From positions 1-64,000 of the IMG/VR virus record IMGVR_UViG_3300027963_000042: a stretch of DNA of 64,000 bases; one strand, given 5' to 3'. The position numbers and the translations under genes are program-made. Source of the stretch: an uncultured virus (IMG/VR IMGVR_UViG_3300027963_000042) (lineage: Duplodnaviria; Heunggongvirae; Uroviricota; Caudoviricetes). The notes beneath the pieces were generated by a model. That model had not been told where the DNA came from. It ran no database searches and was given only the letters and a program-made list of their open reading frames with translations. This document shows, piece by piece, positions 27,187 through 37,783 of the stretch (position 1 is the first letter of the stretch; each line of letters begins with the position of its first letter).

Positions 27187-28105
27187 AATTTAATGATTTT
27201 TTATTTTCTTCCAAGAATTTCAACAAAGCCAAATCCTTCATTTTTACTTCAAACTCTATATCAAAATTAAGACCATAAGTTTCAACCCTTCCCCACACCC
27301 AGTCGGTGTGTGCAACCTCTTTCGATGATTCGTCTTCATAAAGTTTTTTAGAATCCGAATAATGAGTAATAGCTGGGATTTTTTCCGGCCAAGTAGATAG
27401 GCATAGAGCTAGTGCTTCTTCCTCTGAATATTGGGAAGGGTTACATCGATTATGCAAATAATCAAAGGTAATTGGAATTCCTAGTGGCTTATATATTAAA
27501 TGAAATAGATCAACCGATGTATACTGGGATTTCTTATCATCAACCTCAACAACCAGCCTTTTCTTAACCGAATCGGATAGTCTTTGGAAATTTAAACAGA
27601 ACCTTTCTGCAGCTTCTTCTTTTGATGGCTGTGTAGTATTTACATGTATGTTTATAGGATAAAATAAATTCCTATCGAGACCCATTAGATCAAAGATTTC
27701 TCCATGCTGATTTAATTCTTTTATTGCTTTAGTAACTACTGATGGATTCACTGAAGCTAAAACTCCATATGGTGATGGGTGAAATGTTATTCTCTGATCA
27801 GTTCTCTTTGCAAAATCTCCACACGATTTCAGTATCTCTAAAATAGCCGGATAATCGGGAAGATCACTTATTTCATATTCAGAGCACCAGGGAAAGATGT
27901 CACTGGACATCCTAAACATCCTTATATTATTATCATCATTCCACTCTAGTATATGTCTGAGATCTAATACATTCTTTAATGCAAGTTCAGAGGCATAAGC
28001 GATTCCTTTTTCTAAAAAGGTCTTTTTAACCATTCCCCTATTTGTAGAAATCTTTTCCTTAGCTAAACTTAAATTTATACAACAATAACCATATCTTCTT
28101 TCCAT
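27161..28105 (-). CDS. uvsE: UV damage endonuclease UvdE/UvsE
   Basis: GYCCIN, FRMSSDIFP, ITFHP, NIHV, FDYLH, HYS, EVKMKD. Confidence 0.9.
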   Translation of the reverse strand: MERRYGYCCINLSLAKEKISTNRGMVKKTFLEKGIAYASELALKNVLDLRHILEWNDDNNIRMFRMSSDIFPWCSEYEISDLPDYPAILEILKSCGDFAKRTDQRITFHPSPYGVLASVNPSVVTKAIKELNQHGEIFDLMGLDRNLFYPINIHVNTTQPSKEEAAERFCLNFQRLSDSVKKRLVVEVDDKKSQYTSVDLFHLIYKPLGIPITFDYLHNRCNPSQYSEEEALALCLSTWPEKIPAITHYSDSKKLYEDESSKEVAHTDWVWGRVETYGLNFDIEFEVKMKDLALLKFLEENKKSLNYEREHTEL

Positions 28106-28141
28106 TCAGTAAATGTATTAAAATATTTCGATATAAAAAAA

Positions 28142-29929
28142 TTAAACAATCGAACTTAACCATTTTTTTCTCTCCATTGCGGACTTACCAAATGCCATAT
28201 CTAAATGGTACTTAGTTTTCTTGTCTTCAATTAAAACTGTTATTCTTTTATTCTTCATAACATAATCCCAGTCTTCAAGAGATAATGAGCCAAGTCCTTT
28301 TAGGTATCTTACGTTTCCTTTATCAGATTTACCCGATCCCTTCTTAAATTCTTCAAGTGAGTAGAAATACTTTTTAGACTTATCGCCAGTAGTAACTAAA
28401 GGTGTTTCCAAAAACTGTATTCTTCCCTGCTTAATCATCCAAGGAAACCAAAGATAAAATAGATTTATTAAGAGTGAAGTAATGTGTGCTCCGTCAGGAT
28501 CCTGGTCAGTAGCTATAACAACCCTGTCAAATGGACACTGTATATTTTGTCCCTCTGGATCCAGATTTAATATCTGCATCAATTCTAAAATTTCTCTATT
28601 ATCAGAAAGATCGGATAAGCTTCTTGCATTTTTAATTTTTCCCTTTAAAGCATAAACAGCTTCTTTCTTGGGATCTCTTTTTTGTAATATAGATCCCATG
28701 GCACTAAGTCCTTCCACTATAAAAAGGGTTTCTGGTCTGGAAGATGCAGAGGGAAAGTATTTATTTGATTGTTTTATTCTAATTGATTTCTTATCCCTTC
28801 TTATCTTTTTTAGCTCAGTCTCTTTTTTTCTGGCATCTACAGCCTTCCTGATGTTCTTGTAAACCTCGCTCTTAAAGAATCTAGCCAATATAGGATCAAA
28901 GTGTTTTGCTATGGTTGGCTCTACCTCTTCTCTTTTAGAAACGAATTTAGTCTTATTCTGATCCCCGAATCTAACGATGCCAGGAGAAAGATTCAATACA
29001 ATTAATGTGTCGTAAAAATGGTGTCCCAAAGAATCATCCAGCTGTCCGTTGATTCTATCGAGAATTATCTTTTGGTGGATGCCAGTACAAAGAGCACTGT
29101 TTACAAAAGAGAAAGATCCAGACTCCGAAGTTTTTTCCCAGATTAGTATTTCACCTATCGGGGTTTTTGCAGTCCAATCGGGTGAAAGGAGACTTGTTAT
29201 ATTCTCTGTTTTTCCATCCCAAATGAAATCAATCTTAAGGCTGGCAGTTTTAGATTCGGTCTCTAATACTCTTTTCTTTAAACAAAGGTATGATTTTATT
29301 GTTTGATAATCCCATTTTGAGTTATCAAAAACCTGGTGATTTGGTATGAAGGTTACTCTAGTCCCTGTTTGCCTACTCTTTGCTTTAGGGGTAACCTTAG
29401 CAGAAGATGCTTTAAAAGTTTTCCAAGTCTGTAAATAAGCTTCATTTGGATTGATCGTTTCAATCTCAAACATATTTGATAAGGCATTAACTAAGCTAAC
29501 CCCCATACCATTCGTTCCTACGAGGGTTTCTGTGATTGAATCATTATCAAAATTGGATCCAGAACGGAGCATGGAAACAGCAGTTTCGATGTTACTTAGA
29601 CCACTCTTTTTGTTTATCGTAGATCCGTTGGTAAATCCGTCTCCGGTATCGGTAATAGAAACAGAATTCTCTTTTATGTTAACATCGACTATTATTTTCT
29701 TCATCGGTGTAGACATCCTTTTCGCTTCGTCTACCGAGTTTGAAAACACTTCATCAAATAACTTATACATTCCAACCGAATGTTCTTTTACGACGCCCTT
29801 AATGATGCCTGCGTCAATTATAGGAAGTGTTTCCTCGCTCCTTTTAACACTGCCAACATAGATTGTTGGTCTTTTTATAATGTGTTCAAAATCTGTAAGA
29901 ACCTCGATGGTCTTATTAACTTTACTCAT
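28142..29929 (-). CDS. Type II topoisomerase, GyrB/gp39+60-like subunit
   Basis: EHIIKRPTIYVGS, GTNGMG, VEGLSA, LKGK, TDQDPDGAHI, YLKGLGS. Confidence 0.92.
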   Translation of the reverse strand: MSKVNKTIEVLTDFEHIIKRPTIYVGSVKRSEETLPIIDAGIIKGVVKEHSVGMYKLFDEVFSNSVDEAKRMSTPMKKIIVDVNIKENSVSITDTGDGFTNGSTINKKSGLSNIETAVSMLRSGSNFDNDSITETLVGTNGMGVSLVNALSNMFEIETINPNEAYLQTWKTFKASSAKVTPKAKSRQTGTRVTFIPNHQVFDNSKWDYQTIKSYLCLKKRVLETESKTASLKIDFIWDGKTENITSLLSPDWTAKTPIGEILIWEKTSESGSFSFVNSALCTGIHQKIILDRINGQLDDSLGHHFYDTLIVLNLSPGIVRFGDQNKTKFVSKREEVEPTIAKHFDPILARFFKSEVYKNIRKAVDARKKETELKKIRRDKKSIRIKQSNKYFPSASSRPETLFIVEGLSAMGSILQKRDPKKEAVYALKGKIKNARSLSDLSDNREILELMQILNLDPEGQNIQCPFDRVVIATDQDPDGAHITSLLINLFYLWFPWMIKQGRIQFLETPLVTTGDKSKKYFYSLEEFKKGSGKSDKGNVRYLKGLGSLSLEDWDYVMKNKRITVLIEDKKTKYHLDMAFGKSAMERKKWLSSIV

Positions 29930-29984
29930 ATTTTTATGTAATTAGATCCGGAGATTATATGCTTAGATCAATCAAAGTTTCAAT

Positions 29985-30018
29985 AAAAAACTCCAACATT
30001 TAAAAAATATTGGAGTTT
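29985..30018 (-). terminator. Putative terminator
   Basis: AAACTCCAA/TTGGAGTTT stem plus U run. Confidence 0.6.
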
Positions 30019-30042
30019 AAGTTATTTAAAGGGATCTAATAA

Positions 30043-30579
30043 TTAAGATTTATTAAAATAAATCTCCATTATTTGATCTGGTGATATCTTAACAGTGTAG
30101 TAGTCTTTTAAACTTGGCTCTCTTTTAATCTTGCTTACAAAAGAAGCAGGAATACCGATTAAATAATCCTTTCCGATCTCTCTAACAACTCCTTCGATAG
30201 CATATTCAGAGTCAACAAAAACGTTAATTTCGTCTCTGTATTCTTCATCCTCTGGCCTATCAGCTCTTTCGATTCTACTTCCGTATATAGCTTGTTGTCT
30301 TTGAGCCATTCTTTCTCTTTCCTTTGTCATTAAATCCCTAACATACTCAGGAGCGTTTTTACCTTGGGTAGGTAAATCCGCAATAACATTAACAGAAGCA
30401 AGCTCACCAGCTTCAACCTTGTTTAAAAGTCCTTCGATAACCGCAGGAATTTGGGTCCATTTAATTTCCATTTCTGGTTTAGACTTTGTATCCTTTACGA
30501 ATTCTGCCTCATCATAAACTGGTATAGCACCTTCGTTTACCTGATTTTCGTATGATTCATATTCTAGTAAATGTTTCAT
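30043..30579 (-). CDS. Hypothetical (putative virion) protein
   Basis: MKHLLEYESY N-terminus, GATATATA upstream. Confidence 0.75.
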   Translation of the reverse strand: MKHLLEYESYENQVNEGAIPVYDEAEFVKDTKSKPEMEIKWTQIPAVIEGLLNKVEAGELASVNVIADLPTQGKNAPEYVRDLMTKERERMAQRQQAIYGSRIERADRPEDEEYRDEINVFVDSEYAIEGVVREIGKDYLIGIPASFVSKIKREPSLKDYYTVKISPDQIMEIYFNKS

Positions 30580-30611
30580 TAATTTAATATTTTTTCTTTA
30601 TATATCATTTA

Positions 30612-31547
30612 TTATAAATAATTCTTTATACTAGCATAGGTAGCCAGCGCCTTGTACTTTCTTGTTTCTTCTGGTGGTAGATTAGTCATTTCTTTATACA
30701 TTAACACCCTATCTTCATCTTCCATCTCCGGCCAACATTTTTCTAGAGCCTGTTGATAAGCAATTCCTTTTCGCATTAGCGCAAAGATGTAATACAAAGT
30801 TGTTCCAGAGACTGGATTACCCTTACAATCGAAACCCCCTTTAACGCTCTGAGGTGCTCCCACCAGTGAGGTGAGCTCATTGTCACTACAACTGAAATCC
30901 CCGCCAACCGTCTGAGGTGCTCCCACTAGTGAGGTGAGATGATTGTGTTTACAATAGAAATCACCTTTAACGGTCTGAGGTGCTCCCTCCAGTGTGGTGA
31001 GCTCATTGTTCTGACAATAGAAATCCCCGTCAACGCTCTGTGGTGCTCCCACCAGTGTGGTGAGTTGATTATCAGCACAATAGAAATCACCGTTAACGGT
31101 CTGAGGTGCTCCCACCAGTGAGGTGAGCTGATTGTCAACACAAACGAAAGTCCCGTCAACGCTCTGTGGTGCTCCCACCAGTGTGGTGAGCCGATTGTCA
31201 TAACAACGGAAACTTCCACCAACGGTCTGAGGTGCTCCCTCCAGTGTGGTGAGCTGGTTATCACTACAATAGAAACTCCCGCCAACGCTCTGTGGTGCTC
31301 CCACCAGTGAGGTGAGCTGATTATTCTTACAATCGAAATACCCGCTAACTTTCCCGAACTTAACACCTTTAAAATCTGTCAGACCCTCATCTACACAATC
31401 GAAATCACCATTCACATCAACAAGACCTGTTTGTGGATTAAGCTTCCATTCTCTTTTTGTACATTTATCCAACCAGCCAATCTGCTTCGCTGTAAGTGCA
31501 GCTGTCGCACTGGCTTCGAATAGTGCATACGGTAAAACATGTTTCAT
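30612..31547 (-). CDS. LRR-like repeat protein, copy B (8 x 22-aa units)
   Basis: Same repeat unit and caps as 14433-15377. Confidence 0.88.
   Translation of the reverse strand: MKHVLPYALFEASATAALTAKQIGWLDKCTKREWKLNPQTGLVDVNGDFDCVDEGLTDFKGVKFGKVSGYFDCKNNQLTSLVGAPQSVGGSFYCSDNQLTTLEGAPQTVGGSFRCYDNRLTTLVGAPQSVDGTFVCVDNQLTSLVGAPQTVNGDFYCADNQLTTLVGAPQSVDGDFYCQNNELTTLEGAPQTVKGDFYCKHNHLTSLVGAPQTVGGDFSCSDNELTSLVGAPQSVKGGFDCKGNPVSGTTLYYIFALMRKGIAYQQALEKCWPEMEDEDRVLMYKEMTNLPPEETRKYKALATYASIKNYL
30824..31350. repeat. Tandem 66-bp coding repeats, about 8 units
   Basis: Recurrent ggtgctccc-ccagtg-ggtgag core every 66 bp. Confidence 0.9.
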
Positions 31548-31627
31548 GACTCATTATATATCTAAAAATTAATGGTGGTTTATATGCAGTTCACAGGGAT
31601 CGCTATTTTAATCTAGATTTATAAAGC

Positions 31628-31659
31628 AAAAATAAAGCAGACCGAAGTCTGCTTTATTT
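31628..31659 (-). terminator. Rho-independent terminator
   Basis: AAATAAAGCAGAC-CGAA-GTCTGCTTTATTT, UUCG loop on the minus strand. Confidence 0.8.
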
Positions 31660-31685
31660 AATAAACATATTTTAAATTTAATAAA

Positions 31686-32951
31686 TTATCTTCTTTGCAT
31701 TTGTTGAGCTTTTTCAGCTGCTTGCATCTGCTGGATCTTCTTCATTTTCTCTTCCGATCCCTTTTTATAGAAGTCCATATTTTTTCTTAATCTCGTCTTC
31801 TCATCCTCAGGTAAGGTGTTAAAGAATGGTGCACTTAAGATTGCTGCGGTCTTTTCTACAGATAAATCAGGATTTCCTATATAATATGCGCAAAGTGAAT
31901 ATTCATCCAGAAGTCTCCATTGCCATATCTCGGGCTCAACGAATAGGATATCCCCAGTTCCCCTTGTTTTTATAGCAATATCACCATAAGCAAAAGCAAT
32001 AAGAAATCTTTTCTGATCTCTAAGTTTTCTCATAGTATGGAAAACAGCTTCTAGTCTTTCTGGTCTGTATTCCCAAGCTCTAGAATAGCACTCGGTAACT
32101 TCTTTGTCAGATGCACCAATCTTCTCTTTAATTTTAGCAATCATATACATTGAGTAATAAACTTCCTCTGGCCATTCCCCCATGGCAATTCTTTTCTCGT
32201 AAGCCTCGATAGCTTTCTCGTGTTGCTCTGAATCCCTGTAGCTTTGTGCTAGATAAAACATATATCTGGTGTTATTAGGCTCATCGACTAGAGCTTTTTC
32301 TAATATAATAGCATCATTAGCATATTTTTCCTGTAATGAATTAGCTCTTTTTAATGGTGAGATATCAGCAATAACATAAGACATTGGAATTATACCCTGT
32401 GAAATCTCGGGCTTGTCCAAATGTAGGTATTCATGGAGTACCCCTTTATAAACCCAGTCCTGATCTGATTTTACAATCTGTACCCTATGGTATTGTAATG
32501 TGTTAAGTTTATATAAAATCTGATATCCGTCAGGCTCATTTGTTAATCCTGCAAATGGATTAGTTCCGGGAACTTCAGGATAGAATGTATCATCCGCATC
32601 TATTATCCATCTGTAATCGCATCTTCCCTTTGCTAGCACTAAACTCTCTGTTCTATTAACCTCAAAGTTAACCCAAGGTCTTTCGTGGAGCTCGCCCTCA
32701 ATATTAAGTTCTGCCATTGTTTCTCTAATGACATTCAAAGTGTTATCCTTAGATCCCGTATCAACTATAACCCAATACGAAATATACGGTGCAACAGCTT
32801 TTAAACATTTTGCTATTGTATCTTCCTCGTCTTTTACTATCATAACCAAGCATAAGGATATTTCTTGCTTGTTAGATAAAGGTTTTGACATTGATGCAGT
32901 TATGGGTTTTATTTTCCCCATAGGGACTGCTTTTTTCTTAAATTTACTCAT
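31686..32951 (-). CDS. GT2 glycosyltransferase with TPR repeats
   Basis: LVMIVKDE, VDTGS, IDADD, GVLHE; TPR-like FYLAQSYRD. Confidence 0.88.
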   Translation of the reverse strand: MSKFKKKAVPMGKIKPITASMSKPLSNKQEISLCLVMIVKDEEDTIAKCLKAVAPYISYWVIVDTGSKDNTLNVIRETMAELNIEGELHERPWVNFEVNRTESLVLAKGRCDYRWIIDADDTFYPEVPGTNPFAGLTNEPDGYQILYKLNTLQYHRVQIVKSDQDWVYKGVLHEYLHLDKPEISQGIIPMSYVIADISPLKRANSLQEKYANDAIILEKALVDEPNNTRYMFYLAQSYRDSEQHEKAIEAYEKRIAMGEWPEEVYYSMYMIAKIKEKIGASDKEVTECYSRAWEYRPERLEAVFHTMRKLRDQKRFLIAFAYGDIAIKTRGTGDILFVEPEIWQWRLLDEYSLCAYYIGNPDLSVEKTAAILSAPFFNTLPEDEKTRLRKNMDFYKKGSEEKMKKIQQMQAAEKAQQMQRR

Positions 32952-32978
32952 TGGTTGTATATTTTAATTATTATAGAT

Positions 32979-33629
32979 CTATTTTTTGTTTTTCCTCCTC
33001 TTTTTTGGAAATAAAGTAAAGTTATCCGGTTCATCTATTTCATTAAAGGTTATTGTGATTTCATGGCCAGATTCTCCGCTAAGTGTACTAATTTTTTTTA
33101 TGTTCCTATTAAAATCTTTAAGTCTTATAGATTCCACGTTTATCTCTGAGTTTTCATATAGCCAGTATTTTATTTCATGATAATTCTTTTCAAAAACTGA
33201 GTATCCAAATTTAGAATCACACTGGGATATTTTAATCTTAAAAGTTCTAAGTCTTTTTGAAAAAATCTCTAATGAAATCATATTATGCGGATTACCCGAT
33301 GCTACCAATCTATTTTCTAAATCCAATATAAATAAACACTTATATTCTCCTAACATAGCTGACTGGCTAGATATTCCTGATTTTTCTAATGAGTTCTTTA
33401 TACTTTCGTATGGGTCTTCTGGAGAATATACATCAACAAAACAGGATATTTCCGAAGTTTCAAAATCCCTAATTGTTCTTACCTCTAGATCTGAATGCTC
33501 TTTGAATACACCAAGTATTATATTAAGGGAATCCTGTAGTAGGATTCTTTTCTTTTGTATTTGATTTTTTTCTTCAGAAATTTTTTCTTTTAGAGACCTC
33601 ACAAAATTCCCAGATATACTTTCTGTCAT
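32979..33629 (-). CDS. Hypothetical protein
   Basis: 216-aa ORF. Confidence 0.65.
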   Translation of the reverse strand: MTESISGNFVRSLKEKISEEKNQIQKKRILLQDSLNIILGVFKEHSDLEVRTIRDFETSEISCFVDVYSPEDPYESIKNSLEKSGISSQSAMLGEYKCLFILDLENRLVASGNPHNMISLEIFSKRLRTFKIKISQCDSKFGYSVFEKNYHEIKYWLYENSEINVESIRLKDFNRNIKKISTLSGESGHEITITFNEIDEPDNFTLFPKKRRKNKK

Positions 33630-33638
33630 GGTCTAGAT

Positions 33639-34265
33639 TTATTTTTTTGATTTCAAACCAAGTCTTTCCCTGACTTGTTTTAGCACTTTATCCTTTCCTT
33701 CGTTAGCTTCTACCTTTATAAGCTTACGACTTTTTTGATAAAAGTCTAATAATGGAAAAGTCTTCTCGTGATATTCTTTGAATCTTTTCTCAACTATTTC
33801 TTCGCTAGCATCATCTTTTCTATTCTCTTCCTTAGCTCTGCTTTTTATTCTTTCCTTAGCTACTTTATCAGGAAGATCCAAGTAAATAGCATGATTCAAA
33901 CCTAAGCCCATTCTACCTAAAAGTGAATCTAGTCTTTTTGCTTGCTTTATCGTTCTAGGAAATCCATCAAGGATAACATTAGAACTGGGATCAATTTTTT
34001 TAAGTTCAGCCCTGAGCATTTTTATCATCATATTATCAGGAAGTAGATTTCCAGCATCTATGATTTTTTTTATATCTTCATCTTTGGAATTTCTTATGAG
34101 ATCACCAGTTGACAAGTGGATAAAGTTATAGTCTTTTTTTAATTCCTTAGATAATGTTCCCTTACCTGATCCAGGTGCTCCTAAGATAACAAGGATTTTA
34201 CCCTGGTTATCAGGAAGTTGTCTTTCATTTAGTGCAAAATCTTCAAAAGTTTTTATTCTTTCCAT
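33639..34265 (-). CDS. adk: Adenylate kinase with phage N-terminal extension
   Basis: GAPGSGKGT, HLSTGDLIR, LDGFPRT, RKDD. Confidence 0.92.
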   Translation of the reverse strand: MERIKTFEDFALNERQLPDNQGKILVILGAPGSGKGTLSKELKKDYNFIHLSTGDLIRNSKDEDIKKIIDAGNLLPDNMMIKMLRAELKKIDPSSNVILDGFPRTIKQAKRLDSLLGRMGLGLNHAIYLDLPDKVAKERIKSRAKEENRKDDASEEIVEKRFKEYHEKTFPLLDFYQKSRKLIKVEANEGKDKVLKQVRERLGLKSKK

Positions 34266-34279
34266 CTTTTTAATATTTT

Positions 34280-36760
34280 TTATGATCCACAGGCGATACA
34301 ATCGTCTGGGTTGTCCAAGCTACAAACTATTCCGGATGTAAGCTCTTCCTCTGCTGCTTTGCTTAATTCCTCGCTAGTCATGCTTCCTAAGTCTATTTTC
34401 TTGGATTCAGTTTCAACGTCCTCCATTCTTTTAAGAGATTCTTTAGCTTTGGTCATATCTATCCCTAATCCTGCAATTGCATCAACAGCAGATTTAGTTC
34501 TTAGGTAGTACATACCAGTTTTAAGTCCTAGCTCCCAAGAGTGAAAATGTGCTGCCGTTAATTTAGCAGAGTTAACACCCTCAATGAATAGATTTAGAGA
34601 CTGTGACTGACAAATAAATTTACCTCTATCAGCTGACATTTGGATTAGATCCTTTTGTTTGATCTCCCATACTGTCTTATAAACTTCTCTGATCTCCTGA
34701 GGTATTTGTGGGATATTCTGAACAGATCCTTTGTGTAAGATAATAAGATTTTTCATATCCTCACTCCAAAGATCTAATGATATTAAATCCTTAACAAGGT
34801 GTTTATTAACTAAAACAAATTCTCCACTTAATGTTCTTCTCGTATAGATATTAGATGTGAAAGGTTCGAAAGCTTCGTTATTACCCATGATCTGAGCTGT
34901 TGAAGCAGTTGGCATAGGGGCTAACAATAAAGAATTTCTAGCTCCATTCTTCATAACATCCTTTCTTAATTTAGCCCAATCCCATCTTCCTGAAAGTTGC
35001 TCGTCTTTAAATCCCCAAAGATTGAATTGGAAATCACCTTTACTTAATGGTGATCCGTCAAAGGTTTCATATTTACCGTCTTTTTTAGCTAACTCCATTG
35101 AAGCTGTCATAGCTGCAAAGTATATAGTTTCGAAAACTTCCTCGTTAGTTTTCATAGCTTCCCCAGAAGTAAATGCTATTCTCATATTAGCAAAAAGATC
35201 TGCTAAGCCTTGGATACCGATACCAATTGGTCTATGTCTAAAGTTAGATTTTTTCGTCTCGGGTGTTGGATAATAATTAATATCAATAACCCTATTTAAG
35301 TTGACCGTTGTTTGATAGGCAACATCATATAATGCTTTATGATCAACCTCGCATTTACCTCTGTTAATCTTAGCAGTTCTTGCGTCTGTTGATTTTAAGA
35401 ACTTATTAACAGGTATAGAAGCTAAGTTACAAACTGCTTGCTCATCTTTATCAGTGTATTCTAATATCTCTGTACAGAGATTTGAACTTTTAATCGTTCC
35501 AAGGTTTTGTTGATTTGATTTTCTATTAGCAGCATCTTTATAAAGCATATAAGGTGTTCCAGTTTCAATCTGGGAATCAATCACTTTGGTCCAAAGTTCT
35601 CTCGCTTTAATAACCTTTCTTGCTTTACCTGCAGCTTCAGCTTCAATATAAGCTTTTTCGAATTCGTCACCGTAAAGTTCCCAGAGTCCGGGAACGTCGG
35701 AAGGAGAGAACAATGACCAATCCTCACTGGCCTTAACTCTCTTCATGAATAGATCAGAGATCCAAAGTGCTAGAAAAAGATCTCTTGCTCTTAGTTCTTC
35801 TTTACCTGTATTCTTTCTTAGGTCTAAAAAATCTTCAATGTCTGCATGCCAAGGCTCGATATAAATAGCAAAGGATCCTTTTCTTTTTCCTCCTCCTTGA
35901 TCTACATATCTTGCAGTTTCATTGAATACTTTTAGCATCGGAACGATGCCATTTGATGTACCGTTTGTTCCTTTGATATAAGAGCCTGTACTCCTAATAT
36001 TATGTATGGCCAAACCTATACCTCCAGCATTCTGTGATATGGTGGCTACATCGGTTAAAGTTTTATAAATACCTTGTATAGAATCATCAGACATTGTTAA
36101 AAGAAAACAGGAAGATAATTGGGGTTTTCTAGTACCTGCATTAAATAATGTAGGTGTAGCGTGTGTCATCATATGGGTAGATAAAAGTTCGTATGTTTTA
36201 AGAACGTTCTTTGTGTCTTCTCCCCAAATTCCAGCAGCAACTCTCATATACATGTGTTGAGGACTTTCAGCTGGCTGTCCTTTCATCTTTAAAAGATAAC
36301 TTTTCTCTAATGTTTTAAATCCAAAATATTCAAAATTAAAATCCCTTTCATGTATAATACCACCATCAAACTTCTGTTTGTTTTTCATAACAGAGCTATA
36401 GGTTTCTTCGTTGATTAAACCTGCAGGTTGATTAGTTTCTGGATCTATGTAAGAATATAGATCTTGAATTGTTTCCGAGAATTTTTTCTTAGTTGATTTG
36501 TGTAATTTAGATACCGCAATTCTAGATGCCAATACCGAATAGTCCGGATGTTTTGGTATTAAAGAAGCTGCTGTTTCTGCTGCAAGATTATCTAGTTCAT
36601 CTGTTGTAATACCGTCATAAATTCCTGCAATTACTTTTTGTGCGATTTCAATCGGATCAATATAATCCCCATTTAGACCATAAGTCATTTTTCTTACTCT
36701 GTTTGATATCTTCTCGAATCTCACGGGCTCTTTCGAACCATCCCTTTTTATTACCTGCAT
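34280..36760 (-). CDS. nrdA: Ribonucleoside-diphosphate reductase class Ia alpha subunit
   Basis: ATP cone, LSSCF, SNLCTE, GMYYLR, C-terminal CIACGS. Confidence 0.97.
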   Translation of the reverse strand: MQVIKRDGSKEPVRFEKISNRVRKMTYGLNGDYIDPIEIAQKVIAGIYDGITTDELDNLAAETAASLIPKHPDYSVLASRIAVSKLHKSTKKKFSETIQDLYSYIDPETNQPAGLINEETYSSVMKNKQKFDGGIIHERDFNFEYFGFKTLEKSYLLKMKGQPAESPQHMYMRVAAGIWGEDTKNVLKTYELLSTHMMTHATPTLFNAGTRKPQLSSCFLLTMSDDSIQGIYKTLTDVATISQNAGGIGLAIHNIRSTGSYIKGTNGTSNGIVPMLKVFNETARYVDQGGGKRKGSFAIYIEPWHADIEDFLDLRKNTGKEELRARDLFLALWISDLFMKRVKASEDWSLFSPSDVPGLWELYGDEFEKAYIEAEAAGKARKVIKARELWTKVIDSQIETGTPYMLYKDAANRKSNQQNLGTIKSSNLCTEILEYTDKDEQAVCNLASIPVNKFLKSTDARTAKINRGKCEVDHKALYDVAYQTTVNLNRVIDINYYPTPETKKSNFRHRPIGIGIQGLADLFANMRIAFTSGEAMKTNEEVFETIYFAAMTASMELAKKDGKYETFDGSPLSKGDFQFNLWGFKDEQLSGRWDWAKLRKDVMKNGARNSLLLAPMPTASTAQIMGNNEAFEPFTSNIYTRRTLSGEFVLVNKHLVKDLISLDLWSEDMKNLIILHKGSVQNIPQIPQEIREVYKTVWEIKQKDLIQMSADRGKFICQSQSLNLFIEGVNSAKLTAAHFHSWELGLKTGMYYLRTKSAVDAIAGLGIDMTKAKESLKRMEDVETESKKIDLGSMTSEELSKAAEEELTSGIVCSLDNPDDCIACGS

Positions 36761-36782
36761 TTTTTAGTTTAATTATTTTTAT

Positions 36783-37766
36783 TTAGAAGTCTGTGTCGAA
36801 GTCGAACGAATCTTCTGATTTGTTCATTACCCCTGATTTTTGATACTCGCCAACTCTTTTTTCAAAGAAGTTAGTTTTCCCCTGTAGTGAAATGTTTGCC
36901 ATGAAATCGAAAGGATTTTCTACATTGTATACTCTAGAACATCCTAAATCCATAAGCAATCTATCAGCTACAAACTCAAGATATTGTTTCATCAAATCCG
37001 AATTCATTCCTATTAATCTAACTGGAAGTGATTCGGTAATGAACTCTTTTTCAATTTCTAGAGCGCTCATAATAATTTCTTTGATTCTCTCCTCCGAAAC
37101 TTTATTTGATAAATGATTGTTATGCAGCATAACAGCAAAATCCGTGTGCATTCCTTCGTCTCTCGAGATTAGCTCATTAGAGAAAGATAGACCTGGCATA
37201 AGCCCTCTTTTCTTTAACCAGAAAATAGAACAGAAAGATCCACTAAAGAAAATACCTTCCACTGCGGCAAACGCCACGACTCTTTCTTGAAAGTGCGGGG
37301 AGTCTATCCATTTAAGTGCCCACTCAGCTTTTTTCTTAACAGCAGGAATAGTATCGATTGCATGGAGAAGAGTGCTTTTTTCTTCCGGATCTTGAATATA
37401 TGTGTCAATTAAAAGAGAATAAGTCTCTGAGTGTATATTCTCCATCATTATTTGGAAACTATAAAAGAACTTTGCCTCAGTGTATTGAACTTCAGACAAA
37501 AAGTTCTCAGCCAGATTTTCATTTACTATACCATCGGAAGCTGCAAAGAAAGCTAAAACGTTCTTGATGAAATATCTCTCGTCGTCGCTTAATCTGTTTC
37601 TCCAATCGTTTAAATCCTGAGCTAGGTCAATTTCCTCCGCTGTCCATATGCAAGCTTGTTGTTGTTTATACATCTGCCAGATGTCGTGGTGCTCTATTGG
37701 AAATAAAACAAACCTATCTGGGTTTTCTTGCAGAATAGGCTCAGGTATAGAATAAAAATCTTTCAT
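36783..37766 (-). CDS. nrdB: Ribonucleoside-diphosphate reductase beta subunit
   Basis: [36 protein letters not shown]. Confidence 0.97.
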   Translation of the reverse strand: MKDFYSIPEPILQENPDRFVLFPIEHHDIWQMYKQQQACIWTAEEIDLAQDLNDWRNRLSDDERYFIKNVLAFFAASDGIVNENLAENFLSEVQYTEAKFFYSFQIMMENIHSETYSLLIDTYIQDPEEKSTLLHAIDTIPAVKKKAEWALKWIDSPHFQERVVAFAAVEGIFFSGSFCSIFWLKKRGLMPGLSFSNELISRDEGMHTDFAVMLHNNHLSNKVSEERIKEIIMSALEIEKEFITESLPVRLIGMNSDLMKQYLEFVADRLLMDLGCSRVYNVENPFDFMANISLQGKTNFFEKRVGEYQKSGVMNKSEDSFDFDTDF

Positions 37767-37783
37767 GTTTTTAATTAGTTTTT

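Noticed and set aside
30824..31350. Diversity-generating retroelement as the source of NNT codon variation
   Set aside because: No reverse transcriptase or template repeat is in the window, and synonymous adenines in GGA GCA are invariant, which adenine-specific mutagenesis should scramble. Not fully excluded genome-wide.
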